From positions 2,610,001 through 2,642,000 of the forward strand of contig NC_020304.1 in NCBI RefSeq assembly GCF_000341395.1: a stretch of DNA of 32,000 nucleotides, read 5' to 3'. Positions 19,165-27,704 of the stretch are shown piece by piece. Position numbers and translations under genes: made by a program. Source of the stretch: Desulfocapsa sulfexigens DSM 10523. GTDB lineage: Bacteria; Desulfobacterota; Desulfobulbia; Desulfobulbales; Desulfocapsaceae. The stretch's first letter is position 1, and the number at the start of each line of letters is the position of its first letter. The notes beneath the pieces were generated by a model, which saw nothing but the letters and a program-made list of their open reading frames with translations, was not told the DNA's origin and made no database searches.

Positions 19165-21390
19165 ATGGCTGTAAAACAGAAGATAGAGAATAAAAGAAGT
19201 TCTCTCAAGGGCACGGTAAAGGATCGCTCTGGTGCCGGAAAAGTAAAAGTCGGAGAGCTCTTAAGTAAAGCTGGCTATATCACTCCTGCTCAGCTTGAAA
19301 CAGCCAAGAAAGAACTCCAGAAGAACGGAGGCCGCTTGGGCGCTATCCTACGTCAATTTGATTATATCGATGCTGATACCGTCTATAATTTTCTCAGTCG
19401 TCAACATAACTTCACTCCTGTTTTAATAAGTAAAGAACCACCCAGTAAAGATGCCGTTACTCTTGTGCCCTATAAAATTGCCAAGAAGTATATGGCTTTT
19501 CCTCTCCGTATCGCTGGCAACACGCTTCAGATAAGTATGGCTGAACCTACTGATACTGAAGCTGTCGAAAAGCTTCAGGATGAGGTGGGAAAAAATCTGG
19601 CTGTCTGTGTCTCCATGGAAAGAGATATCGTTGAGGCCTATAAAACCTATTATAAGATTGATGATGCTGAGGCTGAAACCTTCTTCACCAACAGAGATGA
19701 AGCTGAAGAAGAAATGGCGGTCACCGAGGTTGATGACTTTGGTTCGATCGTAGCCGATGCAGCAGATGAATTTGAGATTGAAGCTATTGAAGATGAGAGT
19801 ACTGGAGATCAGTTTGCTGCTAACGATGCTCCTATTATCAAGCTGGTCAATGGTATTCTGGTAAAGGCTGTTCAGGATGGGGTTTCTGATATCCATGTGG
19901 AACCCTATGAGAAGACCATGCAGGTTCGTTACCGTAAGGATGGTTCTCTTTTTAAATCCATGAACCTGCCGTTGAGCATCAAAAATGCAATGGCGGCACG
20001 CCTCAAGATTCTTGCTGATCTGGACATTACTGAGCGTCGTATCCCTCAGGATGGTCGTATTAAGATGCGGCTGGGACGTAACCGTTCCGTTGACTTTCGT
20101 GTTTCTACTCTTCCGACGCTGTTTGGTGAATCCGTTGTTCTTCGTATTCTTGACAAGGGGTCTCTTAACGTAGATTTAACCAAGCTTGGTTTCGAAAAGG
20201 AGACCTTTGAGGCATTGAAACGCTGTTTAAACAGGCCCCAGGGGTTGCTTCTGGTCACTGGTCCCACGGGTTCCGGAAAGACCGTTACACTTTATTCTGC
20301 CCTGAACTCATTGAACGCTGAGGATATTAAGATTCTAACAGCAGAAGATCCGGTGGAGTTTAACTTTAAGGGGATTAATCAGGTCAATGTTCATTCTGAG
20401 GTAGGAATGACATTTGCTGCTGCCCTGAAGGCATTTCTTCGTCAGGATCCGGATATTATTATGGTAGGTGAGATTCGTGATATGGAAACTGCCGAGATTG
20501 CTATTAAAGCGGCAATGACCGGACATCTCGTTTTCTCAACCCTTCATACCAACGATAGTGCTGCAACCATTGCTCGTCTTATAGATATCGGTATACCACC
20601 TTTCATGCTTGCCTCTGCTGTGACAATGGTGTTATCTCAGCGACTAGGGCGGAAGCTCTGTCAGGCGTGTAAAAAACCTGAACAGCGTGACCCTCAGGAA
20701 CTCATCAGCATGGGTTTTCATGAAGATGAAGTCGATTATGTTGTCACCTATGGCCCTGTTGGCTGTCCTGAATGTAACGGTCTTGGATATAGAGGCCGAA
20801 TCGGTTTTTTTGAGTTGTTGGAGGTGACCGATGAAGTTGCAAAAGCGATCAGTGCTGAAGTTCCCGAAGACCAATTACGTAAAATTGCTGTTCAGGAGGG
20901 AATGGTTCCATTACGCGATGCGGCCATTGAAAAGGTAAGGCAGGGAGTTACCAGTGTGGATGAGGCTCTTCGCAGGACCGTTGCTCATGAAGAAAGTCTC
21001 CCTGCATATCTTCTCAATCCTGATATAGAAAACTATGAAGATGGCGATGTGGTTATTCGTGAAGGGAATACCGACGTGGATTTCTTCAAACTGCTTCGGG
21101 GCGGCTTGTCGGTATTAAAGGGTGGAAAGAAGATTGCCGAACTTACAGAACCTGGCGAATATTTTGGTGAGATGGCAGTCCTCTCAGGTGAACCCCGAAA
21201 TGCATCCATTGTTTCACTTGGCAGGTCTGCAATCAAGAGGTACCCCGGTGACAAGCTGGACGAAATTATAGCAAAATACCCTGATGTCTCCCGTCATCTT
21301 TTTAAGGCCATGGCCGCGAGACTTCATAAATCAAATCAGATTATAGTTAAATTGGCTGGTGCTGCTCCCCGTAAGGCACCACCGCGCTGA
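19165..21390 (+). CDS. PilB/GspE/MshE-type assembly ATPase with N-terminal MshEN-like domain and C-terminal cyclic-nucleotide-binding domain
   Basis: N-terminus GGRLGAILRQFDYIDADTVYNFLSRQ; Walker A LLVTGPTGSGKTVTLYSALN; Asp-box and Walker B (PDIIMVGEIRDMETAEIAIKAAMTGHLVFSTLHTND); Zn motif CQACKKP...CPECNGLGYRGRIGFFELL; C-terminal cNMP fold with GEYFGEMAVLSGEPRNASI (21154-21210). Confidence 0.93.
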   Translation: MAVKQKIENKRSSLKGTVKDRSGAGKVKVGELLSKAGYITPAQLETAKKELQKNGGRLGAILRQFDYIDADTVYNFLSRQHNFTPVLISKEPPSKDAVTLVPYKIAKKYMAFPLRIAGNTLQISMAEPTDTEAVEKLQDEVGKNLAVCVSMERDIVEAYKTYYKIDDAEAETFFTNRDEAEEEMAVTEVDDFGSIVADAADEFEIEAIEDESTGDQFAANDAPIIKLVNGILVKAVQDGVSDIHVEPYEKTMQVRYRKDGSLFKSMNLPLSIKNAMAARLKILADLDITERRIPQDGRIKMRLGRNRSVDFRVSTLPTLFGESVVLRILDKGSLNVDLTKLGFEKETFEALKRCLNRPQGLLLVTGPTGSGKTVTLYSALNSLNAEDIKILTAEDPVEFNFKGINQVNVHSEVGMTFAAALKAFLRQDPDIIMVGEIRDMETAEIAIKAAMTGHLVFSTLHTNDSAATIARLIDIGIPPFMLASAVTMVLSQRLGRKLCQACKKPEQRDPQELISMGFHEDEVDYVVTYGPVGCPECNGLGYRGRIGFFELLEVTDEVAKAISAEVPEDQLRKIAVQEGMVPLRDAAIEKVRQGVTSVDEALRRTVAHEESLPAYLLNPDIENYEDGDVVIREGNTDVDFFKLLRGGLSVLKGGKKIAELTEPGEYFGEMAVLSGEPRNASIVSLGRSAIKRYPGDKLDEIIAKYPDVSRHLFKAMAARLHKSNQIIVKLAGAAPRKAPPR

Positions 21391-21406
21391 AAGGGATTGA
21401 TGTCGG

Positions 21407-22444
21407 TCATCTGAGTTGTCCGCTCTGTTCAAAATATTTTCTAAATACCAGAAGGGATATCAGCGTTTCAGTTTTATTGTTTTGAAACTGTTGTATGTAT
21501 GCCTGGGCATTTTTTAGGATTTTCAGAGCCTCTTCTTCATGCTGCAGATAGTAATTCATTTTTTCTTCAATATCTGAATAGTCATCCCGTAACAGAACAT
21601 AATGAATGTCAGGTAGAAGCCTTCCCTCCATAAACCAGGTTTCAAAACGGGGTTTTCGCATAAAACAGAGGGAGTTGGAAGACATAATCCATTTAAGGTT
21701 TGTTGCCACATCATTGCCCTCAATGGAGAGAATGAATTTATACTGCAACTGCTTTTCTATGGACATAAATCGTTTTTGTCGTCTGGGATCCCCTCCCTCC
21801 TCCGGTTGATTTGACTGGCCAATGTCAAAAAGTGGATTGTCAAAATGTTGCCGGACAAAATCTTTTCGTTCCTGAACACCGGCCTTTCCACGCCAGACAA
21901 GTTTGTTTTTTTTGTGCTGGTATGGAAGAGGGTCTTTTACAAATGTGAAGTGGCGGATGCTGTTGAGTTTTAAAATAATTCCATTTGCATTGTTTTCTGT
22001 GAGTGGCCGGCTTTTGACAAAGGTTGGATGTACCGGGACTGTAACGACGTCACCAAATTGGTAATGAAAGAAAAATGACGGGTCAAAGAAACGGCAATAT
22101 TTCTTGAAATCAAGATAATAGACAAAGTTTTTCCGGGTCGTGAGATCGGCCGATTGAACTCGATCCGCTCCCAGAGTGAATGGTTTCTGCTTTTTATTGT
22201 AATAAGCGACCCTGTCAAGAATAGAGTTCTGGTCATAGCAGGAGATTGAGGCCAGCAAATGTGGGAGTTTCCATCGAAGATAGATGGCGGGAGTTAAAAT
22301 GTTGGTCATTCCCTTGAGGTAAAAGATATTTTTCGAATTCTTATGTTTGCGTGAGGTAAGTTTGGAAATTTTCTTGTCCAGCCTTTTTATAAACTGCATA
22401 TGAATAGGTTGTCTGTGGTTCTGTGTTGTGAGGTGCTTATTCAA
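21407..22444 (-). CDS. GT90/CAP10-like glycosyltransferase (LpsA-like)
   Basis: KNKLVWRGKAG, then YKFILSIEGNDVATNLKWIMSSNSLCFMRKP, the CAP10/GT90 pattern, plus a conserved C-terminal helix region. The 5' end is uncertain: TTG at 22444 versus ATG at 22399. Confidence 0.75.
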   Translation of the reverse strand: MNKHLTTQNHRQPIHMQFIKRLDKKISKLTSRKHKNSKNIFYLKGMTNILTPAIYLRWKLPHLLASISCYDQNSILDRVAYYNKKQKPFTLGADRVQSADLTTRKNFVYYLDFKKYCRFFDPSFFFHYQFGDVVTVPVHPTFVKSRPLTENNANGIILKLNSIRHFTFVKDPLPYQHKKNKLVWRGKAGVQERKDFVRQHFDNPLFDIGQSNQPEEGGDPRRQKRFMSIEKQLQYKFILSIEGNDVATNLKWIMSSNSLCFMRKPRFETWFMEGRLLPDIHYVLLRDDYSDIEEKMNYYLQHEEEALKILKNAQAYIQQFQNNKTETLISLLVFRKYFEQSGQLR

Positions 22445-22490
22445 TGAGGTTTCCGGCGCCCTGACAGTGGTACTTGAGCGTCAAACCTGC

Positions 22491-22516
22491 AAATAGTACC
22501 GTATGTTCTACTATTT
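22491..22516. repeat. Short inverted repeat in the divergent intergenic region
   Basis: aaatagta (22491-22498) / tactattt (22509-22516), an 8-bp perfect inverted repeat. Confidence 0.4.
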
Positions 22517-22603
22517 TGTAATGGTTTTTTTGAGTCATTACTGTATGATCTTTTAAATATCTGTGACACTGACTGAAGATCATACTTACTCAGATTGCAA
22601 TAA

Positions 22604-22619
22604 TGTGAACCAGATCACA
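22604..22619. promoter_or_regulatory. CRP/FNR-family-like operator palindrome
   Basis: TGTGA-ACCAGA-TCACA, perfect half-sites (extended: ATGTGA...TCACAT), located 35 bp upstream of the heptosyltransferase ORF start. Confidence 0.55.
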
Positions 22620-22653
22620 TCTTCAGTTACTGTGGTGTTGAAAAAATCCCGTC

Positions 22654-23772
22654 ATGGCCCCTGCCGTTAATTTTCAATTCAAAATTATGTCCTCAAAGAA
22701 AGAACGCTCAAAAACTGATATTTTATTGAAATGTCAAAGAATATTAATTGTTAAGCAAAGCTCACTTGGTGATATTATTCATACTCTGGCTCTCGTTCAT
22801 GCACTGAAGCGATGTCATCCTGCAATTTCGATAGGATGGGTTGTTCAAAAGGCGTTTGCCTCAATAGTAAAAAGGGATACAGCAGTGGATGATGTGTTTG
22901 TAATCGATATCCCTTCGACCAGCGAACCCAATGCCGGGAAAACTGCTTTTTTAAAAGCTGTTATGGCAACATTACGAACGCTCAGGGATTTAAGGAAATC
23001 CCTTTCCAAAAACCCCTACGACCTGGTTCTTGATCTTCACGCTTCATTTCGTAGTGGAATACTTGCACTCTGCAATCCTGGCGGAGTCCGGATTGGATTC
23101 TCAGTTGCCAAGGAGCTAAATACTCTCTTTCAGCATCAACTGGTAAAAGTTCCTGAATCAATAATGCATGCTCAGGACAAAAATTTACTTTTTGCCTCCT
23201 TTTTCGGGTGTCCTGTTGAAGACGAAGATTTTTTCCTGCAAACGAGTGATAAGGATCTGGCGAGGGTAAGGGAATGTATTCCAGATGACGGGAAACCACT
23301 GGTTTATTGTAATCCAGTGGGGCGATGGGAGACAAAGTTCTGGCCTGTTGAGCGATGGGCAGCTCTTGGAGACAGGTTACAGCAGGAAGCAGGTGCTAAC
23401 GTGGTTCTGGCTGGTTCCCGTCAAGACAGACCAATACTTGACAGTATCGCCGAATTAATGGTTACTCGTCCACTGGTAACGGGAGGAGAGTTATCCCTTA
23501 TCCAGTCTGCGGCTCTGATTAAACAGTCATTACTCTACATAGGGGTGGATACCGGTCCCATGCACATGGCGGCCTTGGCCGGAATTCCTGTAGTTGCTCT
23601 TTTTGGCCCAACGAATCCAGAACTGGTTGGGCCATACAAGGTGCCCGGTAAAATTGTGAGAAATGAAATGCTTGATTGTCTGGTCTGTCGAAAAAGAAGC
23701 TGTGAAGACCTTATCTGTATGCATTCAATTTCCGTGGATCAGGTTTATGAACAGGCTCTGCTTCTTTTCTGA
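22654..23772 (+). CDS. GT9 family LPS heptosyltransferase
   Basis: ILIVKQSSLGDIIHTLALVHALKRCHP, GIPVVALFGPTNPELVGPY, YIGVDTGPMHMAALA. The start may be the internal ATG at 22687. Confidence 0.92.
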   Translation: MAPAVNFQFKIMSSKKERSKTDILLKCQRILIVKQSSLGDIIHTLALVHALKRCHPAISIGWVVQKAFASIVKRDTAVDDVFVIDIPSTSEPNAGKTAFLKAVMATLRTLRDLRKSLSKNPYDLVLDLHASFRSGILALCNPGGVRIGFSVAKELNTLFQHQLVKVPESIMHAQDKNLLFASFFGCPVEDEDFFLQTSDKDLARVRECIPDDGKPLVYCNPVGRWETKFWPVERWAALGDRLQQEAGANVVLAGSRQDRPILDSIAELMVTRPLVTGGELSLIQSAALIKQSLLYIGVDTGPMHMAALAGIPVVALFGPTNPELVGPYKVPGKIVRNEMLDCLVCRKRSCEDLICMHSISVDQVYEQALLLF

Positions 23773-23816
23773 GCTGTGTAGACGATTATGATTACAAATT
23801 TTAAGGTATCCTCACC

Positions 23817-24623
23817 ATGCAAATAGCACTTATTATAACTACGTATAATAATACCGATACATTACGATTGACGCTGCAGACAGCACTGAATCAGGTTGTA
23901 CCTCCATCGGAAATAATTGTTGCTGACGATGGCTCGACCACCGAGACGGCTGAGTTGGTGAAAGAGATGCGAGAGGAGACTGATATCCCTGTGTACCACT
24001 GCTGGCAGGAGGATAGGGGCTTTCGTCCTGCAAGATGTCGGAATATGGCAATGGCAAGGAGCATGGCTGATTACTGTATTCTGGTTGATGGAGATATAAT
24101 GCTCGATGAACATTTTGTCGAAGATCATCTATACTATGCGACACCCGGATATTTTGTTCAGGGATCCAGGGTTATATTAAGTCAAAAGACAACAGAGAAG
24201 ATTGTTGCTTCCGGTGACATTCGGGTAAGTGTTTTCGGTGATAGTATTGGCAATCGGAAAAACTGCATTCGTTCCCGTTTTCTGTCCAGGGTTCTTTCTT
24301 TTAAAAACAGTAGGTTGGGTGGGATTAAGACTTGTAATTTTGCCTTCTGGAAAAAAGACGCTGTGACGGTAAATGGTTTCAATGAGGAATTTGTCGGATG
24401 GGGGCATGAAGATACAGAGTTTGCAGCCCGTCTGTTGAATATCGGGATCAGAAGGCAGAATGTGAAGTTTAATGCCCTGGCCTATCATCTTTACCACAAG
24501 TCCCAGTCGAGAGATTTCCTGAGCCAAAATAATGATCTGCTTTCGGATACTTTAAGGATGAAAAAAAACTGGTGTGAGAATGGACTGGATAAGCATATCG
24601 GAAACTGTGAGGCCTGCAGCTGA
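23817..24623 (+). CDS. GT2 family glycosyltransferase with C-terminal GT7C-like region
   Basis: LIITTYNNTDTLRLTLQTALNQ, EIIVADDGSTTET, YCILVDGDIMLDEHF, and FNEEFVGWGHEDTEFAARLL. Confidence 0.93.
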   Translation: MQIALIITTYNNTDTLRLTLQTALNQVVPPSEIIVADDGSTTETAELVKEMREETDIPVYHCWQEDRGFRPARCRNMAMARSMADYCILVDGDIMLDEHFVEDHLYYATPGYFVQGSRVILSQKTTEKIVASGDIRVSVFGDSIGNRKNCIRSRFLSRVLSFKNSRLGGIKTCNFAFWKKDAVTVNGFNEEFVGWGHEDTEFAARLLNIGIRRQNVKFNALAYHLYHKSQSRDFLSQNNDLLSDTLRMKKNWCENGLDKHIGNCEACS

Positions 24624-24648
24624 TAATAGTTTTTATCAGATTTTTTTT
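24620..24648 (+). terminator. Putative terminator at the convergent GT2 gene ends
   Basis: ctgataa / tagttt / ttatcag (24620-24639) followed by an 8-T run (24641-24648); overlaps the stop codon of the + strand GT2 gene. Confidence 0.55.
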
Positions 24649-25633
24649 ATATTGTAACAGAGTCCTGACTTTGCCGCTGGTTGATTCTCCTCTTGAAGCG
24701 AGCAATAGTCCTGATAAGGTTACGGCGATAGAAGAAACGTTTAAGCGGGCTGTTTGGCATCAGTTCCTCTGCAATTCGTTGACGATTTGAGAAGGAGTAC
24801 TGAAGCTCTGCCAACGGTGTGTTTTTATTAAGATGCTTCAGATACCTCTCCATGGCCTGGAGGTTCTTTATTCGCCAGTGGTCAGTGGTCTCACCGTGAC
24901 CATGCTTTTTCTTGAACAGTTTCCGGTTTTTTTTCATCAGTTTTCGCACAGCACCACTCACCTTTGAAAAACTACCTTTCCCCTGATGGTAGACAAAAAT
25001 CTTTTCGCTTATCATCATCCGCTTCCCTGACTTTATCGCTCTGTAAACAAAATCAGTGTCTTCGTAATAACCAAGACCAAAATCTTCATCCAAGCCCTGT
25101 AATTCTTCATAGAGTGTTCTTCGTATCAGCACACAGAAAAAAATAAGTCGATCAGTCTGAAAGCTGAGTTTTGCTGAGTGATTGCTCCAATGAATTCCCT
25201 GGCTGAGGATCTCTTCGGGGGTTTTTCCCGTGGTGTATATTTGCTGATCGTTACCACAGTTGTTTGTTACCGGTCCCAACATATCCCAATCAGGGTTTTG
25301 CTGCATAAGGGAGCTGAAAAGAGATATGGTTCCTGGTGGTACCAGGGTGTCGGTATTCAGGAGGAGAAAAAATTCCCCACTGGCGGCCCTGGCTCCGATG
25401 TTATTTCCTGCGGCGTAGCCCCTGTTTTCATCAAGAAAGAACAATCTAATTCGAGAATCTCTTTCTCCGGCCAGAGTCAGTAGCTGTTTTGTGGAACTGT
25501 CCGAGTTGTTGTCCACAACAATTATTTCCATATCTTCAGGTGATTGAGCCAGACTGTCCAGACAGGGACCGGTTGTTGTATCAAAATTGTTATAGGAAAC
25601 TATAATAACACTACAGAGCAGAGGGCGATACAT
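24647..25633 (-). CDS. GT2 family glycosyltransferase
   Basis: CSVIIVSYNNFDTTTGPCLDSLAQ, MEIIVVDNNSDSST, NRGYAAGNNIGARAASGEFFLLLNTDTLVPPG, and LDEDFGLGYYEDTDFVYR. Confidence 0.93.
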   Translation of the reverse strand: MYRPLLCSVIIVSYNNFDTTTGPCLDSLAQSPEDMEIIVVDNNSDSSTKQLLTLAGERDSRIRLFFLDENRGYAAGNNIGARAASGEFFLLLNTDTLVPPGTISLFSSLMQQNPDWDMLGPVTNNCGNDQQIYTTGKTPEEILSQGIHWSNHSAKLSFQTDRLIFFCVLIRRTLYEELQGLDEDFGLGYYEDTDFVYRAIKSGKRMMISEKIFVYHQGKGSFSKVSGAVRKLMKKNRKLFKKKHGHGETTDHWRIKNLQAMERYLKHLNKNTPLAELQYSFSNRQRIAEELMPNSPLKRFFYRRNLIRTIARFKRRINQRQSQDSVTI

Positions 25634-26202
25634 CAGGTAACCTTGAGGAGTTCATGAATGCGGTTGCTGCAGAGTAACTCCATATGTTTTTTTATTGTAT
25701 CTTCAGGCCAGTTCCACCAGCTCATTTCCAGAAGAGCATTACAGGTCTCCTGATCAAAGCGGGTCCTCAGTAACCGGGCAGGATTTCCAGCAACTATTCC
25801 GTAGGGGGGGATGTCCTGATTGACCACACTGCAGGCACCGATTACTGCACCGGAACCGATGGTTAAACCGGAGAGGATGGTTGCCCCGTGACCAATCCAG
25901 ACATCATGGCCAATGGTCAAGTCTCCTTTGGTTCCGGGGTGGCCATTGATGTCCTTCGCTTCAGGCCATCTGGAGGAAAGGGCCGGGAAGGGGTATGTTG
26001 TGATCCAGTCAATTCGATGATTTCCTCCAAGGATGATAGTGACTTTTGAGGAGATGGAACAAAACCTCCCGATGGTCAAGCGGGTGTTGTCACCGTAGGT
26101 GCGGATATCAGGCTTGCCGTAGGTGTGTTTTCCGATACTAAAGAGTGGATTGCTGAACTGTTCCCTGGTGGCAGGTGGTTTTTTGGGTGAGCTAAAAAAC
26201 AT
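25633..26202 (-). CDS. CatB-related O-acetyltransferase (left-handed beta-helix)
   Basis: GRFCSISSKVTIILGGNHRIDWITTYPF...GDLTIGHDVWIGHGATILSGLTIGSGAVIGACSVVNQDIPPYGIVAGNPARLLRTRF hexapeptide pattern. Confidence 0.93.
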   Translation of the reverse strand: MFFSSPKKPPATREQFSNPLFSIGKHTYGKPDIRTYGDNTRLTIGRFCSISSKVTIILGGNHRIDWITTYPFPALSSRWPEAKDINGHPGTKGDLTIGHDVWIGHGATILSGLTIGSGAVIGACSVVNQDIPPYGIVAGNPARLLRTRFDQETCNALLEMSWWNWPEDTIKKHMELLCSNRIHELLKVT

Positions 26203-26214
26203 AACTGACGAAGT

Positions 26215-26949
26215 TTAGTTAAGTTGAACTTTAAAAACAAATTGCTTGGTAATAAAGTTTTTAAAAAGATCAGTATAGCTTTTGCGTAATCGCATCCCGA
26301 CAAAAGGGATCAGACGAAGAAGATCGGAGGGTGCAAGGATACGGGTATCGAAGAGTATTTTAAATGGGCAGATGTCCTCAAAGGAATAGGCGAAATCAAT
26401 TACCTTGAAATCACATTGTTCAAGGAGTTCCCGGAAACTCTTGATAGTGAAGAATCTCAGATGACTATGGTCAAATATGCCATAGTCTTCGTATTTCCAG
26501 GTTCCGCCAAGGAGCCGAAAACGGCATCTCCAGTGGGCAATGGAACAGGTTGAAATGACCAGGCTGCAGTCGGAGTGCATCCACTGCTTGAGGTGGTTTA
26601 ACGTGACTTCAGGGCGTGCAATGTGTTCTATAACCTGAGACATGAAAATTATCTGGAAAGGACCGTGTTCCCTAACGTGGCGGTTGATCTGTTCACTGAT
26701 TGCCTGGTCTTCAATCGTTCCACACAGAATGGCAAGGCCGCGTTCCTCAGCTGATACAGCAGACTCTTTTTCAGTTTCTAGTCCCAGAAACCGGCAACCT
26801 TTTTTCTGCACCAGATATTCCCCCATATATCCAGTGGCACAGCCAATTTCCAGGACATGGCTACCGGGAGGGATCATGTCCAATTGAATTTTGTCAATGT
26901 TGTTCGGTTTGAGTCCTTCGTAGACGAAAGTCTCCTTATGGTACTTCAT
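26215..26949 (-). CDS. Class I SAM-dependent methyltransferase
   Basis: Canonical motif I HVLEIGCATGYMGEYL, plus FQIIFMSQVIEHIARPEVTLNHL. The ATG at 26949 overlaps the upstream gene stop (ATGA). Confidence 0.88.
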   Translation of the reverse strand: MKYHKETFVYEGLKPNNIDKIQLDMIPPGSHVLEIGCATGYMGEYLVQKKGCRFLGLETEKESAVSAEERGLAILCGTIEDQAISEQINRHVREHGPFQIIFMSQVIEHIARPEVTLNHLKQWMHSDCSLVISTCSIAHWRCRFRLLGGTWKYEDYGIFDHSHLRFFTIKSFRELLEQCDFKVIDFAYSFEDICPFKILFDTRILAPSDLLRLIPFVGMRLRKSYTDLFKNFITKQFVFKVQLN

Positions 26950-27704
26950 AATGATACCTTTTGATAATCTGGACCGCTTATGGTGATATTTTTTTCCAGA
27001 CAATACTGATCCAGTTGTTTCAGTAACTGTGGCAGCAGATTTTCGGGTGCATTAAAACAAAGATCTTTCCTGAATCCTCTGATGTCACGGTTTTTCATTG
27101 ATTTGGGTTTGTACCAACTTCTTTTTCGAACATCATCAAAATCTATCAGGTAGAGTTTGTTCTCACTGAAGATAAAATTTGCCAGCCGGATATCACCATG
27201 GATTAAGCCAAGAGTCTGAATAGTATCGATGGTGTTCAGCACTGCGGCGATAACTTCCGAAGCTTCTGCAGGAGAATTGCTTAGTTGCCTGAGATACTCT
27301 TCCCCCTGAATCCCTTCCACGTATTCATAGAAAAAAAAGGAAATTCTCCGAAACGGACCAAACCGTTTTTCAAGACAGGCAACAGGATGAGGAATGGAAA
27401 TATTTTTGTTTATCAATAGTCTGGAGTAGTACCAGCTTTTACTTGATTTTGTTTGACGGAAGTAACGTTTGAATTGCTGCCAGCGTGATTTGAAATTGTG
27501 TCGTTTAATAACAAGTTTTTTTCCATTTACCGTAATCACACCAATTCTTGATTTAAAATTATCCTGAAGAATTATGGTCGTTGGTGAGAAAAGGTGGAAA
27601 TCGGGATCGTTGAAAATATTCTCCAGTTCTGGTGTGTAGAATTTTTTGTCACAGAACAGGCAAATATTGAAATTCTTTTTTATGAATAAATTATCAGTCA
27701 TCAA
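26946..27704 (-). CDS. LPS core kinase-like protein (WaaY/InaA-type)
   Basis: KLVIKRHNFKSRWQQFKRYFRQTKSSKSW, GLIHGDIRLANFIFSENKLYLIDFDDVRKRSW (catalytic HGD and DFD motifs). Confidence 0.82.
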   Translation of the reverse strand: MMTDNLFIKKNFNICLFCDKKFYTPELENIFNDPDFHLFSPTTIILQDNFKSRIGVITVNGKKLVIKRHNFKSRWQQFKRYFRQTKSSKSWYYSRLLINKNISIPHPVACLEKRFGPFRRISFFFYEYVEGIQGEEYLRQLSNSPAEASEVIAAVLNTIDTIQTLGLIHGDIRLANFIFSENKLYLIDFDDVRKRSWYKPKSMKNRDIRGFRKDLCFNAPENLLPQLLKQLDQYCLEKNITISGPDYQKVSL

